A DNA stretch of 64,000 nt from Dehalococcoidia bacterium (GCA_009377745.1 WHTK01000016.1:1328-65327), one strand, 5' to 3'; shown: positions 39,221 to 50,620, counted from the stretch's first letter. Program-made: numbers and translations. The notes: generated by a model not told the origin, from the letters alone.

Positions 39221-39914
39221 TATGGTTGCCGTAATCGGCCATCATCGGGTTGACGTCGCCGTGGAGGGTCTGGTCGCGCTCCCGGATCGTGTCGCGGATG
39301 CGTTCGAACTGCTGGTTGGCGCGCAGCCGTTCGAATTGGAAGTGGTCGTTGAACACGAGCGTCGGCCAGGGGAAGCGCCGCGCCCAGCGTTTGCTCGCCG
39401 GTGACAACCCCACGACGAAATAAGCACCACCGGCGAAGCTAAACGAAAAGCTCGTATCCTCCGGATCGTTCGACACGGCAGGGTTCCATGCGAAGTGCTC
39501 CCGGTCCAGCGCATGCAGCGCGCCGAGCTGGCGCCAGAGCAGCGTTTCGAAGGCCTTCATGGTGCGCAGCTTGGGCTCAGCAAAGCTGGCGATAAAGCTC
39601 GTGAATTCGCCAGGAATGCGCTGGCGCTCCTCGGCGAAACGGAAGAGATCGAGCGCCAGGCCGGCTGTCGAATCCGTCGTCGCCAGCTCATCGTGGAGCG
39701 CGAAGCGGTAGCTTGCCTGGTTGACCACGGATTTGGCGCCGACGCAGGGGAAATCGGGATCGTGGAGCACGGCCCGCAGCGCCGCGTGCACGTCCGCCGT
39801 CCTCCGCGATGGCGTCCTGCCGTCACGGAGGATCAGCTGGGTGCCGTTCCAGCGCCCGTAGTTGCTGTTGGCGTAGCCCGCCGGCGTGTCAAAGGGATTG
39901 ATGACGGCAGTCAT
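39153..39914 (-). CDS. YqcI/YcgG-family protein
   Basis: DFPCVGAKSVVNQASYRF ... FVVGLSPASKRWARRFPWPTLVFN motifs. Confidence 0.5.
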   Translation of the reverse strand: MTAVINPFDTPAGYANSNYGRWNGTQLILRDGRTPSRRTADVHAALRAVLHDPDFPCVGAKSVVNQASYRFALHDELATTDSTAGLALDLFRFAEERQRIPGEFTSFIASFAEPKLRTMKAFETLLWRQLGALHALDREHFAWNPAVSNDPEDTSFSFSFAGGAYFVVGLSPASKRWARRFPWPTLVFNDHFQFERLRANQQFERIRDTIRERDQTLHGDVNPMMADYGNHSEARQYSGRNVGEAWKCPVHFD

Positions 39915-40883
39915 GTCGGCCCCACCGCCTCGGCCAGGCGCCTCTCAAGCTCCCGGGGCGAAGTTGCAGCGCTTGCGATCACGCGGCCGTGATAAGTGAC
40001 GCCGCCGTGGACTACGCGAGACGCGAGCGCTAGCCAACTGCAGACGGCACGCTCGAGCAGCCAGGCAGGTGCGAAAAGGACTGTCGTCGCAGGGAACACC
40101 TGCGATGCAACTTCGCGCTGCCGTCCCATCTCAGCCGCCAAGATTGATATCGCGCCGAGTACCGGGAGGAGGCGCGGCTGCTTCAGTGCAATTGCCACGA
40201 TGGAAGGCAAGAGTGCCAGCTGCCAGAGCAGGCGCCCGGGTCGGGCGAATTCGTCGTACGCCTGGCGGACGCGCTGCGAGAGGAAATGCCGCGCCGCGGG
40301 CGGCCGCCGCGCGACGAACACGTCAGACGCTACAAGCTCACGTCCGCCCGCGGCACGTACCGTCCGCACAAGCTCCAGGTTCTCGAACAAGCAGTCGCCG
40401 TTGTAGCCTCCCGTGGCAAGAAGGACGGAGCGTCGCACGCCGAGCGTCCCGGGCCAGTCCCCGCCGAGCATGCGGTTGAGCAGGCTGCGGACGCTGTCCC
40501 ATTTCGCGTGCCACGGCATCGGCTGGAAGTAATTCTGGGGCCGCAAGACCTCGCAATCGTCCAGCAGCGCTACAACGCGCTGAAGCGATACGTCGTCATA
40601 CCGCACGTCGTCGGCGGCGATCACGAGACGCTCATCCGCCGCCAGGGCAACGCCGGTGAGCACGCCCGCCACTTTGCCGTTCGCGTACTGGAAGGCAGGA
40701 GACACCGGCCCGTGGTCAATGCCCTTCCAGGCGGCCGTCGTGGTAATCGAAGATATCTTCCGGCGAGCCGTCGACAACGATGAGGTGGATGCGTTCGTCC
40801 AGCCAGCGCAGGTAGCCGGTCAGCTCGTCGATGTCACCGGCAGTGCGGAAGCGCAGCGGAAGGATGTAAGTGGCATCGAGCAT
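39911..40883 (-). CDS. Family-2 glycosyltransferase (glucosyl-3-phosphoglycerate-synthase-like), frameshift near 40720-40780 splitting N-terminal and C-terminal ORFs
   Basis: N-terminal ORF MLDATYILPLRFRTAGDIDELTGYLRWLDERIHLIVVDGSPEDIF; C-terminal ORF ANGKVAGVLTGVALAADERLVIAADDVRYD...GGYNGDCLFENLELV. Confidence 0.55.
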
Positions 40884-41716
40884 CAGGCCGCGCCTCCCGG
40901 TACCACGCCGACGGCCAGTACCTGCACCTCGCAGCCGTAGAAGTCGGCCTGAGACACGAACGGCACACCGCCGTCCTTCGCGATGCTCTGCCACTCCGGT
41001 ATGTCAGCCGCGGGGATATCGCGCTGCATAGCGAGGGCCGCGAGGTAGCTCAGCCAACCGGCCCACAGCTCGGATTCTGCCGGGGTAAGCGGCGCCCAGC
41101 GCTCGATCAGGACCGAGTGCTGCTCAACCGCGACGAAGCCCGCTCCCTCGAGCAGCCGCCGGAGATCACGCCCGCGAAGCGAGCCGGCCGACTCGGGCGG
41201 GGCATCGGGCGCGCGGAAGCAGGCCTCGGCAAGGTGACTGAAGAGAAACGGATCGGCCGGGCTGGCCTTGAACACCAGCATGTCAACGTCCTTGATCGCC
41301 ATCCGGCCGCCGGGTCGAATGATCCGCCTCTGGTACTGGAGCGCACTGGCAAGCTGGGCATCCGTGAGGTACTGAGCCGTGTTCGACGTCCAGACGGCGT
41401 CGAAGCTGCCGGTTGCGAACGGCAGCTCCACGAGCGTCGCGACCGCCACATCGCCTGTGCCCAACTTCGCGGCCGAGCGGTAGCAGTTCTCGATGGCCAT
41501 GTCGAGGCAGACGATACGTCCTTCCGGGCCAACCGCTTCGCGCAGCCAGGGGATAAAGCTGCCGCTACCGCTGCCGATATCGAGAACGGACCAGCCGCGC
41601 TCGAAGCCTGCTTGGCGGACGAATTCACGATACTCGGGAGCACAGGCAGCCGAATGCACATCCAGCCACCGTTCATCGCTTAGCACATGGCCCGCTGAGG
41701 TCTGTAACGCTGTCAC
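40883..41716 (-). CDS. Class I SAM-dependent methyltransferase
   Basis: VLDIGSGSGSFIPWLREAVGPEGRIVCLDMA...IRPGGRMAI. Confidence 0.7.
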   Translation of the reverse strand: MTALQTSAGHVLSDERWLDVHSAACAPEYREFVRQAGFERGWSVLDIGSGSGSFIPWLREAVGPEGRIVCLDMAIENCYRSAAKLGTGDVAVATLVELPFATGSFDAVWTSNTAQYLTDAQLASALQYQRRIIRPGGRMAIKDVDMLVFKASPADPFLFSHLAEACFRAPDAPPESAGSLRGRDLRRLLEGAGFVAVEQHSVLIERWAPLTPAESELWAGWLSYLAALAMQRDIPAADIPEWQSIAKDGGVPFVSQADFYGCEVQVLAVGVVPGGAA

Positions 41717-42015
41717 CGTAGGCAGCTTCGCCGACGCGGCAGAATGCCGGCGTGAAGCTGGACGCGTGAAGCCTTAATAAGCCGTTGCACTTACGGCCGC
41801 ACCTCAGCTTCGGTTCGATCTGGCCCAATCTTCTCGATGGCCCCAACTACCTTCTGGTTGGCCCTGATCGCGCTTACCCCAACTGGAGCTGGCGGCGAGG
41901 ATTTCGAGTGCCGGACCACGCATGCGGTGAAGCCGGCCTGTACCACATGGCTACGATGGCTCCCGCGTCATCTACGACGGCGCCGTAATTCGGTGCCCAG
42001 CGACCCGCCTGCAGC

Positions 42016-42600
42016 TCAGTCGGCGCTAAGGCCAGGTCTAGGTTCGGATTTTCGAGCGAGATACCAGCCCCCCACCAGAAACAACGCGCCCCATGCGAGG
42101 AAGCCCAGGTCCCATTCAATTGGACCGCCCAGATCGTCCCGGACATGGTGGATGCCAAGAATTTGGTGATTGACTAGGCCCTCAACAACGTTGAAGCCGC
42201 CCCATCCCATGAGAATCACCCCGAGCAAAGGAAGGGACCAGCGAACGTCGTACTGTCGCTCCAGTCGCCAAAGCATAGCTGAACCGATCGCTAGTGCTGT
42301 CCAGCAAACGATGTGAAATAGACCGTCCCAGAATGTGTTGGTTTCTAGCCCTGGTATGGTGGTCATAGGAAAGCGACCGTCGTCGTGCGCAGTGAGCATG
42401 TGGTGCCACTGCAGTAGCTGGTGAAAGATGATTCCGTCGAAGAACCCACCGAAGCCAATGCCGAGAAGGATGCCAGACGTCAGAAGCGGACGGCGTTGCA
42501 CAGTATGAAGGATGCCTACCTTTGCCAAGGCTCTCAAATCGGCCATTGCAAGTGACTCCACTCCAATTCGCGATCCATGGCAGGTTCCTTGTGAGCGCAA
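42016..42600 (-). CDS. DUF2243 family membrane protein
   Basis: GFFDGIIFHQLLQWHHM and second HQILGIHHV repeat. Confidence 0.55.
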   Translation of the reverse strand: MRSQGTCHGSRIGVESLAMADLRALAKVGILHTVQRRPLLTSGILLGIGFGGFFDGIIFHQLLQWHHMLTAHDDGRFPMTTIPGLETNTFWDGLFHIVCWTALAIGSAMLWRLERQYDVRWSLPLLGVILMGWGGFNVVEGLVNHQILGIHHVRDDLGGPIEWDLGFLAWGALFLVGGWYLARKSEPRPGLSAD

Positions 42601-42901
42601 GAAGCAACGGATTGTTACCCTTGGCCCCAGCGTATTTGGCCAGTACGGAGCATCTGGACGTTCAAGTCACCATGGAGAATGGGCAGTCTGAGTTTCAGTT
42701 GCTCTCGTCGCGTTCACCAGCTTCTTCACCTGGCATGGCTGCCCAGCCCGAGTTTGACGGATCACATGTTTCATGGCACTGGGACTAAGCGCCCGACTGG
42801 AGATGCCGTCGATGGAGCCGTGGTGATTGGTGGCGTATCGGTAGGCGCGAAGAGAGGGAGCCGAGTCTTGCTCCCTCTCTATGATGAATGAATGAGACTG
42901 T

Positions 42902-44326
42902 CTATTTCTTCGGCCTGGTGCCCGGCCTGGGTGTGGCGTCCGCCGCAGCCTGAACCTTGCGCTCGTTGGTTGACTTGCCGTTAGCACCGTTCGTCGGCAG
43001 ATGGTAATCATCTACCTCCATCGCCAAAGGGCCGAGCCGCACGACCTCCTCCTCGATTGGCGTGGGTAAGCGGTCATATCCCCGCACCGTGTTGAGGGCA
43101 TCGGAGCCGTCGAGGGTCATCTCGCGTACACGTCCGGCTTCCTGTGCCATCGCCTTGTCGCCGGTGCGTACCAACTCCGCGCCTGCCGCGCCGATGCGCA
43201 TCGCCACGACGGCCTCGGATGGGGCGCCATCCTTGTTCTCGGCCTCCTGGTAGCGGTGGCTGGGCCAGTTGTTCGGTAGCTCCGGGACATGGACCCATTC
43301 GCCGCCGTCGACTAGGCGGAGCGTGGCCGTCTCTTTCAGAACCTGGGTGACGTACTCACGGTTCGTCTCGAAAGTGGCCGGCGTGGGCAAGTCGACACCG
43401 CACAGCTCCTGCGGATCCCTGTTCTCGAGGCGCTTGAGGTGCTCAGCCGCAATGCGGAGCTGCTCAATCTCGAAGCTGAGGAATTGCTCCCAGATGCGCT
43501 TGATGCGAGGGTCGACCTCGGTCATGTAGCAGGTGTAATAGTTGGCGCACTCGTTAAACTCGTGCATCACCCACTTCTCGAGCATCGTCTCTGTTGGGTC
43601 TATGAGCGACTCGTACTGGCTGACGTGCTCTTCCTCAACGGCCGAGATCTCGGCGTAAAGCTGCCGCACTTCCGGTGAGCCGTACGTGTTGCCGACGTTC
43701 TTGTAGTAGTTCCACGTCTGCTGCTCGCCGGCCATCAATGTGAGGGCGTGTGCTTTCGTGATCGGGCTCGCGGTCGCCTTGTCGTAATTCTTGAGGATGC
43801 GCAGGGCAGGATCGTTGTGATGGTCTTGCGTCGGCCGTGCCGGGAAGACATCCGTGCGGCCCTGGAGGATTTCGTTCGGGTCTTTGCCGTGAATGAGGTC
43901 CAGCATCTGACTGTAGCGGTATAGGTGATCGAAGTCCTCTAGCAGGCCAAAGTCGAAGGCCATCTTCACGTAGGGGTCAGGCTCGTGGCGGGCCAGGTAG
44001 GCGGTCAACTCGATTGCCACCTGCTCGAAGGCGATCGTGGTTTCGAGGACGCTCTGATCTGCCGGGTTCAGCCAGTTGATCGTGTTCTGCTGCTGGTGCT
44101 CGATCAGGCGCAGGCGGGCGAGGGTCTGCTTGAGGTCTCGGTCATGGGAGACACGGGCGAAGCTGTGGGAGAACACGCCCGCCTCGACTTCAATGCCGTT
44201 CATGAGGATGACGCGGCAGCGTGTGAACGCGTCCACCTCCTGCTTGAGGAAGGGGGTTTGAGCGACTTCTTTCCAGCTGCGCACCTGGCTCTCTAGAGGA
44301 GTGCCTTTTTCTTTGAAGGGGTTCAT
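42902..44326 (-). CDS. Hypothetical 474-aa protein, possibly ferritin-like/diiron fold (weak)
   Basis: EEEH and E..H-type pairs (ISAVEEEHVSQYESL; ELTAYLARHEP); no firm family. Confidence 0.4.
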   Translation of the reverse strand: MNPFKEKGTPLESQVRSWKEVAQTPFLKQEVDAFTRCRVILMNGIEVEAGVFSHSFARVSHDRDLKQTLARLRLIEHQQQNTINWLNPADQSVLETTIAFEQVAIELTAYLARHEPDPYVKMAFDFGLLEDFDHLYRYSQMLDLIHGKDPNEILQGRTDVFPARPTQDHHNDPALRILKNYDKATASPITKAHALTLMAGEQQTWNYYKNVGNTYGSPEVRQLYAEISAVEEEHVSQYESLIDPTETMLEKWVMHEFNECANYYTCYMTEVDPRIKRIWEQFLSFEIEQLRIAAEHLKRLENRDPQELCGVDLPTPATFETNREYVTQVLKETATLRLVDGGEWVHVPELPNNWPSHRYQEAENKDGAPSEAVVAMRIGAAGAELVRTGDKAMAQEAGRVREMTLDGSDALNTVRGYDRLPTPIEEEVVRLGPLAMEVDDYHLPTNGANGKSTNERKVQAAADATPRPGTRPKK

Positions 44327-44543
44327 TGTGAAACTCCTGGGTTGTAGTGAACTCAGGGTACGCGTGGGCTCCGATCAGGCTTATCGTTTCCCTCTTTCTA
44401 AGCATCAACGCGTGCTTACAATCATGCTGCCGGGAAACGATGATGCTCGTACATGCCGATGTCGGCGTAGACGAAGGCCAGAGTCCCACGTTCGAACACT
44501 GGAAGTCGGTGGTTTTCAAATCGCAGTCGACTTCTATGTCAAA

Positions 44544-45020
44544 TCACCACCGTGAAAGCCGACCGCGCTCCCTTCCGAGAAGCTTCTGCACTGCTTGCCA
44601 TCGTTCCGTAGGGGGCAATTCCAGCAGTCGTCGCAGGTCGCGCTCGCCCACCGTCGGTGAAGTCAACGGATCTCCCAAGCACCTCACAGCGTTGATGACC
44701 TCCGGAGTGAGGTGCAGGAGGGCGAGTACCTGCGTAACCCTGGCGCGGGAAACGCCGAGTGCTCGCGCAAGCTCAGCCCTTGATTTCACTTCCCCGCCGA
44801 TGATTCGGTCCTGCCACTCCTCGGCCAGAACAATGGGGTTACGCCGCTCGGGTTTGGGCTTGCTCGGCTCCGCAAGACGCAGCCGAGAAACCGTAGCGGC
44901 AGCATGGTCCTCAAACTCGAAATGCATTCCAGACTTGGAACGCTTGTAGAATGACCGGAGCGTTGCGAATACGCTTAGCTTCAGGAGAGTTCGGGTGTTC
45001 ACCCGGCTCGCGGAGCCACA
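44544..45020 (-). CDS. ParB-HTH-only protein - repeat-module copy 3 (long ORF runs to 45278; likely GTG start near 45015)
   Basis: VNTRTLLKLSVFATLRSFYKRSKS...KPERRNPIVLAEEWQDRIIGGEVKSRAELARALGVSRARVTQVLALLHLTPEVINAVRCLGDP. Upstream palindrome + divergent leader ATGACTCAGGACAAAGG at 45048. Confidence 0.6.
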   Translation of the reverse strand, partial: CGSASRVNTRTLLKLSVFATLRSFYKRSKSGMHFEFEDHAAATVSRLRLAEPSKPKPERRNPIVLAEEWQDRIIGGEVKSRAELARALGVSRARVTQVLALLHLTPEVINAVRCLGDPLTSPTVGERDLRRLLELPPTERWQAVQKLLGRERGRLSRW

Positions 45021-45445
45021 TAATACATATGTTCTAACAGGCAGGGAATGACTCAGGACAAAGGTCGTCGCTCTCCGAAGATGGCGCTGCGGATGGTATT
45101 GCCGGTTCTCGATCCTCCTCTGTCCAGAACCATCCTTGATGAACGGCAAGAGAAGCAGCCCCCTTTCGAAATCCGACAAACTCCAGGGCAGCGAAGACAA
45201 GAACAAGAAGCGAGCAGCTCCGTAATTTGACTCTGCCCCTTGGGTTGCCCTCGAAAGCGGAAGCCTTCGCCAAGACATAGTGACCTAATCAGCTTTTCGT
45301 TATATGTTCTCCGATGCCCTGCCTCTCACGGCCCTTGGGAGAATCGCGCTGGGCTGATCATCGCGGCAAGGCCGGTAGGGGTAACGACCGACCGGCTGGT
45401 CGTCACCCCTACCGGCCAACGGAAGGACGATCCCCGGGCGATCGG

Positions 45446-48400
45446 TCAGGGCGGCCCGCCCTGTACCGCCACGATAAGAGTGTCCTCGTTGTTAGAGAGG
45501 TCCGGATCGTCCGTCGAGCTGGAGACCGTCGCAGTGTTGGGTACGTCTCCGAATGCACCCTTCACCTTGATGAAGATAAAGAACTCCGTGCTCTCTCCCG
45601 CCTCCAGTACACCGAGGTCACAGGTCAAAGTCCTCGGCGCCTCGAAGATGCAGCCGCCCGTGTCCGACTCGTAGACCATCTTCTTGTCATCGAGCAGCTG
45701 ATCCACTAGTAAGACGTTCTGAGCATCCGAAGACCCCAGGTTGGTGACCGTCACCCTGTAGGTGATGGTTGTGTTCGGTTTGTACGTCGCGGCGTCTGAC
45801 GTCTTGACGACCTCTAGGTCAGCTTCCGCCTCCACGTCGACCGGCACGCTGTCGTTGTTGTTGCTGTTGTCCGGGTCACCCGTGTCGGAAGAGACGCGCG
45901 CCTGGTTGAACAAGATCGTTCCGTCAGGGGTATCGGCCCTAACGTCTGCCACGACGGTGATGACTTCTACGTCGCCGCTGGCCAGGTTGCCCATGTTGCA
46001 CGTGAGCGGCAGCAGCGGGTCACCGGGCACGCCAGCGTTGCATGTGTTGCCGGGTGAGCTCACAGATACGTTCGTCAGCTCGGCCGGCAAGTCATCGCGA
46101 ACCTCCACGGCCTGTGCGGTCGAAGGACCGTCGTTGGTGACGGTGATCGTATAGGTGAGCTCCTCACCGGCGGTGACAGGATCGGGCGATGCCGTCTTGT
46201 CCAGGCTCAGGTCAGCCCCAGCAGCGAAGGTCACTCGGCCGATAGCAATGTTGTTGGAGTTGTCCGGGTCAGGCGTTTCGCTCGAAACGGTGGCCGTGTC
46301 GTCCACGTCGCCGGGCTCATCCGCCGTGAACGTGACCGTAATGGTGTCGCGCGCGCCTGCCGGCAGGACATCGTCCTCACAGGTGATCGTGATCTCGGTG
46401 TCCGGGCCGATCGGCGTCGCCGGAGAACAGCTCGCCGCTGGGCCCTCGGTCGAGCTCGACGTGATGCCCGTGACCGTTATCGGGGTCGTGCTGATAATCT
46501 GGTCAGTTATGACTACGTCGCGAGCGTCTGATGGGCCAAGGTTGTCGACGTAAATGTCACAGAACGTCTCGGTCCCAGCGGGCGCCGCGTTGGGCTGGTC
46601 AGGCTTACACTCCTTGGTAATCCGCAAGTCTGCGGATTCGATGACGTTCGTGCTGATGGTGACGGAGTTGTCCTCCGGGTTTGCGTCCTCCTGATCGGAG
46701 TCAACGCTGGCGGTATTGCCGATGCTGGTTGTGGCGACGTCCAGATTGGCCAGCAGGCTGGCGTCAACGCGCACCTGGATCGTGAAGGACGTGTTGCCGC
46801 CGCCAGCTAGGTTGCCGATGCTACACGTGAGCGTCAGAGCCGGGGCTTCAACACAGCTGTCGGAGTCGGCGATGTAGGTGACACCGGACGGCAATGTGTC
46901 GGTAACAACGGCGTTGGTGGCGGTGTTACCACCGTTATTGGTCACGTCGACTGTGTAGGTAAGGATTTCGCCCGCAACCACCGGGTCGGGCGAGTCCGTC
47001 TTATTGATCGACAGGTCCACCTGGTTGCACGAGGGGAAGCGGAAAGCGCCGATGCGAGTACCCCAGGCGCCACCGGTAGGCTGCCCGACCAGCGGGTTGT
47101 TGGTTATGTACTGGTTGACGTACCAGAAGGTGCAATTGTCCACGGGGTCCACGCGCATCGCCGAGTAGTCACCCCAGCGGCTTCCATTCACGATCTGGGA
47201 GTCCTGGCCGTTCACGAGCACGAACTCGCCGTTGGGCGGGGCGCCCTGAGGCATGAGGCCGAGGGGGTCGCCTGCCAGACGACCAACGTAGGCGACGCCT
47301 GGGAAGATCGTGTTGCCATCGGAGATGCTGTAGCCGAGCGCCATGTTGCCTGCCTTGTCCATGGCGATGCTACCCATCCAGCGGTGAGGGTCGTCGGCGA
47401 AGCCGGGGTTACCGGCGTCTGGTGAATGGGTCGCCTGCTGGCGAATGAACCAACCCGCGCCCTCATCACGCAACTCGTACCAGCGAACGCCGGCGTGGTC
47501 GGCGCCGTCGACATCGACGGTGTGGTTGAAGACAAGCGTCGCGTAATCGCCGAAATCCCGGTACTGAAGCGGTCCCATCGCCCAGTGGGTCAGCGTCTCC
47601 AGGAGCACGCCACCCGTGGGCTGAGGTACGCAGTTGTTGAACAGGTTGGTGCCGTTGCACAAATCGGAGTCGAAGGCTGCCGTGGCAAGTGAGGGCAGCG
47701 GGGTGAAGGAGGAGTTGGTCGGGTCGCCCCAGTCGACGCTAAAGGCCCTCAGGTCTACCCGGTCGGCACCGCCCCAAAGGTCGCCGTCGACGTGTCGGGC
47801 GAAGATGTTTGGCGTTCCGGGAGGCGGCGCCGGGCCGTCCAGGTCGCTCGGCAGCCAGATCAGGGCAGGCGACCCGCTGGTGAACGCCTGGAAAGTCGCC
47901 GGGTTACCATTGAGCATGTTGGCCCGGTCGAAAACGACGGCGTTGAGGCTGCCGCCGGAGAAGCCCTGCTGGGAGCTCATGTAGTATCCGTCCGGCCAAA
48001 GGCCGATCTTCGGATAATCGTGCCCGAAGTTGAAAACGAACTCGTATAGATACCAGCCGCCGTTCACTGGATCTGCGGTCTGGGAGATGGCGATACACTG
48101 AGCAGTCGGCGGTGTAGCGAAGCCATTCGGAACCGCGAACTGGCTCATCAGCCAACGGTCTGCTAGATGGTCATATACGACGTATGGATCGCCATTGTTG
48201 TTGTTCAAGCAAAGGTTGCCGACGCCAGCGTTGACCCATAGCGAATTGATGTTGAAGGGACCGGCTGCATTGCCACCCTGCTTATCAAAAATCTGGAACT
48301 GCGAGTTTACCATCTCGATGTAGTGATTGGGACCCACGTCACCTACCGGGTCCGGTGGCACGAATCCCGTGTAGGGGATGCCGTCGAAGTTCGGGTTGGC

Positions 48401-48727
48401 GTTGGCAAATTCCGCAGGCGTCACCGCCGCGCCGTCGAGAGTAGTCGGCGCGAGGGCTCCGTCTCCGGTCGGACCTGGGGAGGGTCTGTCCACGGTACCA
48501 GGCAAGATCCCCTGCGTTCTCTGGATACCGGGAGTCTGCCTGTCAACGACCACAGGTGGGAGCACATGGACGTTGCCGTCGAACATCCCAGGCGTTACCG
48601 GATCGCTAACGAAAGGCCCTGGTTGCTGCGCCCGCGCCTCAGGAGCGCCATCAGTCAGAAATGAGGCGCAGATGATAAAGAGCAGAATGAGACCGATTTG
48701 ACCGGAGAAAGATCGCAAAGGCTTCAT
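45446..48727 (-). CDS. Giant secreted protein with N-terminal globular region and multiple C-terminal DUF11 (conserved-repeat) domains
   Basis: Signal peptide MKPLRSFSGQIGLILLFIICASF; at least 4 repeats of ...DKT(D/A)SPDPV.AGE.LTYT(V/I)(D/T)VTN.G...A. Confidence 0.75.
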   Translation of the reverse strand: MKPLRSFSGQIGLILLFIICASFLTDGAPEARAQQPGPFVSDPVTPGMFDGNVHVLPPVVVDRQTPGIQRTQGILPGTVDRPSPGPTGDGALAPTTLDGAAVTPAEFANANPNFDGIPYTGFVPPDPVGDVGPNHYIEMVNSQFQIFDKQGGNAAGPFNINSLWVNAGVGNLCLNNNNGDPYVVYDHLADRWLMSQFAVPNGFATPPTAQCIAISQTADPVNGGWYLYEFVFNFGHDYPKIGLWPDGYYMSSQQGFSGGSLNAVVFDRANMLNGNPATFQAFTSGSPALIWLPSDLDGPAPPPGTPNIFARHVDGDLWGGADRVDLRAFSVDWGDPTNSSFTPLPSLATAAFDSDLCNGTNLFNNCVPQPTGGVLLETLTHWAMGPLQYRDFGDYATLVFNHTVDVDGADHAGVRWYELRDEGAGWFIRQQATHSPDAGNPGFADDPHRWMGSIAMDKAGNMALGYSISDGNTIFPGVAYVGRLAGDPLGLMPQGAPPNGEFVLVNGQDSQIVNGSRWGDYSAMRVDPVDNCTFWYVNQYITNNPLVGQPTGGAWGTRIGAFRFPSCNQVDLSINKTDSPDPVVAGEILTYTVDVTNNGGNTATNAVVTDTLPSGVTYIADSDSCVEAPALTLTCSIGNLAGGGNTSFTIQVRVDASLLANLDVATTSIGNTASVDSDQEDANPEDNSVTISTNVIESADLRITKECKPDQPNAAPAGTETFCDIYVDNLGPSDARDVVITDQIISTTPITVTGITSSSTEGPAASCSPATPIGPDTEITITCEDDVLPAGARDTITVTFTADEPGDVDDTATVSSETPDPDNSNNIAIGRVTFAAGADLSLDKTASPDPVTAGEELTYTITVTNDGPSTAQAVEVRDDLPAELTNVSVSSPGNTCNAGVPGDPLLPLTCNMGNLASGDVEVITVVADVRADTPDGTILFNQARVSSDTGDPDNSNNNDSVPVDVEAEADLEVVKTSDAATYKPNTTITYRVTVTNLGSSDAQNVLLVDQLLDDKKMVYESDTGGCIFEAPRTLTCDLGVLEAGESTEFFIFIKVKGAFGDVPNTATVSSSTDDPDLSNNEDTLIVAVQGGPP

Positions 48728-48995
48728 CGATCACTCCTTTGATTGGCGCGAGGCGCCTCTACGGGATAATTCCCAATGCATGGACGAGCACGATCCGGAC
48801 TATAATCGCTCTACCAGATCTATTCAAGAAGCGTTGAGAGGAGACGAAAAAGTATCTCATTTTTGTAACGCAATCGAAGAGGCGTAAGCCCGGGGTCGGC
48901 CATAAGGTGCGGAGGCTTAGCCTCGGTCGCGGCAGGTGACACGGGAAGTCGACCGGAGGATAACGCCGGTGGGTAGTCAGGAGGAAGCCAAAGCC

Positions 48996-49745
48996 TTATT
49001 GGTCAATAATCACGAACTCGTCGGACAGGATGCTGACGACCTGGTCTGAAGTCTCAAAGATGACCTCTATCCGATAGGTGCCAGCACTTATGGGAGCGTC
49101 CAGCAGGCTGAAGGGGACACCGCCTTCTGACCGAGGAGAATCCTCAGGGAGTATCCCCTGGGGTACCTCCGTCGCAGGCAAGCGTGCGGCAGGTGGCTCA
49201 GTGGGGATAGTGCGCAAATCCTGGTCGAACTTTCCAGCGCTGGACGGGCCGCCCAGGATCGGTTGGGGGACCCCGATGAAGCCCGTGAGGGTCCCATCAG
49301 GAGCGATGAAGTAAGGCGATAGAACGCCCGGCGAAGTACACTCCAACTCGGTCCAACCGCTACCATCCTGGCGCCAGATTTTGGCGACAACGCACTGACT
49401 TCCTTCCCCGGGAACACGGATGGCCTCCGCTAGTTCATTGCGGATTGTCACCTTGATCTCTTCACCTTCCTGATATTGCTGCTTGTCCAGCAAAACGCTG
49501 ACAGGACTGGCTACCGGTTGCGAGGCGCTCGTTGTCGGTCCGGGTGTGCCCGCTGGGAGCAGTGGAATGCTGGTTGCCTTCGGCGTCGCGGTCGCTATGC
49601 TCTCGAGAGTGGGTCTGTCAGTCTCGCCTTCAGGCTCACTCTCTCCCAGAGCAGAGGAGCATGCGAACGCCATTGCTACGGATAGCAGAAGGATAGCAAG
49701 CTGTAGCTGTCTCATCTCCGATGCCTCCTCCTTCACGTCTAGCAT
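48996..49745 (-). CDS. Secreted hypothetical protein
   Basis: Signal peptide MRQLQLAILLLSVAMAFACSSALG (lipobox-like). Confidence 0.45.
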   Translation of the reverse strand: MLDVKEEASEMRQLQLAILLLSVAMAFACSSALGESEPEGETDRPTLESIATATPKATSIPLLPAGTPGPTTSASQPVASPVSVLLDKQQYQEGEEIKVTIRNELAEAIRVPGEGSQCVVAKIWRQDGSGWTELECTSPGVLSPYFIAPDGTLTGFIGVPQPILGGPSSAGKFDQDLRTIPTEPPAARLPATEVPQGILPEDSPRSEGGVPFSLLDAPISAGTYRIEVIFETSDQVVSILSDEFVIIDQ

Positions 49746-49924
49746 ATCGCAGCCGGTTCGAAATCATCGCGGCCGCCGGGCGCTCGAGATCCTAATCTAG
49801 AGACGTAGAATCCTTGTCGAAGGTTCCCAGACGCAGATGGCAGGCCGCGTGGACAAACGCAACCTCTCGGCGGCAGGGTGGGTCCGCGAAACCGCATTTT
49901 TCGCGTACCAAGGCAGGTCGCAGA

Positions 49925-50412
49925 GTTCATGGCCTTGAGACATGGGATTCCTTCTTCTCTCTGCTCATCAACTGCGAACGATGCAAGCCCTCTAAGCGCC
50001 TTTTCACTAACAGACCGGGCATCGGATCGCCTAGCGCCCTAACCTTGTCATTCACATCCACAGCGAGGTGAGCAGGGTCAGCGTTTGGGTCACGCGGGCA
50101 CGGGAGACGCCGAGCGTTCGGGCGAGATCAGCCTTTGAGCGCACCCCGCCGTCGGCGAGGCCGTCGCTGCCACTCCTCGGCCAGGACGATGGGGTTACGC
50201 TGCTCGCGCTTGGGCTTGACCGGCTCCCTGAGAACAAGCCGTGGTGCCGTACGTGCGGCGAGATCGCCAAACTCGAACTGCGGTGATGACTTGGAGCGCT
50301 TGTAGAATGACCTGAGCGTCGCGAATACGCTAACCTTCAGGAGAGTTCGGGGTTTCACTCGGCTCGGGGAGCCAATATAACACAGATGTTCTAAAATGAC
50401 CGCGATGCTCAA
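49925..50412 (-). pseudogene. ParB-HTH-only gene - repeat-module copy 4, frameshifted
   Basis: ORF 50128-50412 gives VKPRTLLKVSVFATLRSFYKRSKSSPQFEFGD...KPKREQRNPIVLAEEWQRR then garbage. ORF 50052-50270 in another frame gives ...KADLARTLGVSRARVTQTLTLL. The 3' region is about 90% identical at nt level to 23506-23700. Confidence 0.5.
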
Positions 50413-50556
50413 GAACCTTGATGATCAGCAACCTCATGGGAAGACACGTCAAGACCAGGCGCACGCGGTCGCGCCGTCAGTTGCCGGGGGAGTCGTCTCG
50501 CTAGCGTCTGCCTGACCAACGGCCGCAAACGGTTGTAAACTCTCCAGAGAGCGGCC

Positions 50557-50574
50557 GAAATAGACCAACGGACT
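50557..50574 (+). repeat. 18-bp box GAAATAGACCAACGGACT, exact inverted copy of 5758-5775
   Basis: Direct comparison of both loci; both lie next to tRNA-Lys-like fragments. Confidence 0.6.
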
Positions 50575-50620
50575 TACGTCGAAGTCCCACGGTGGCGCGG
50601 CCGTCTCAGATTCAAAACAG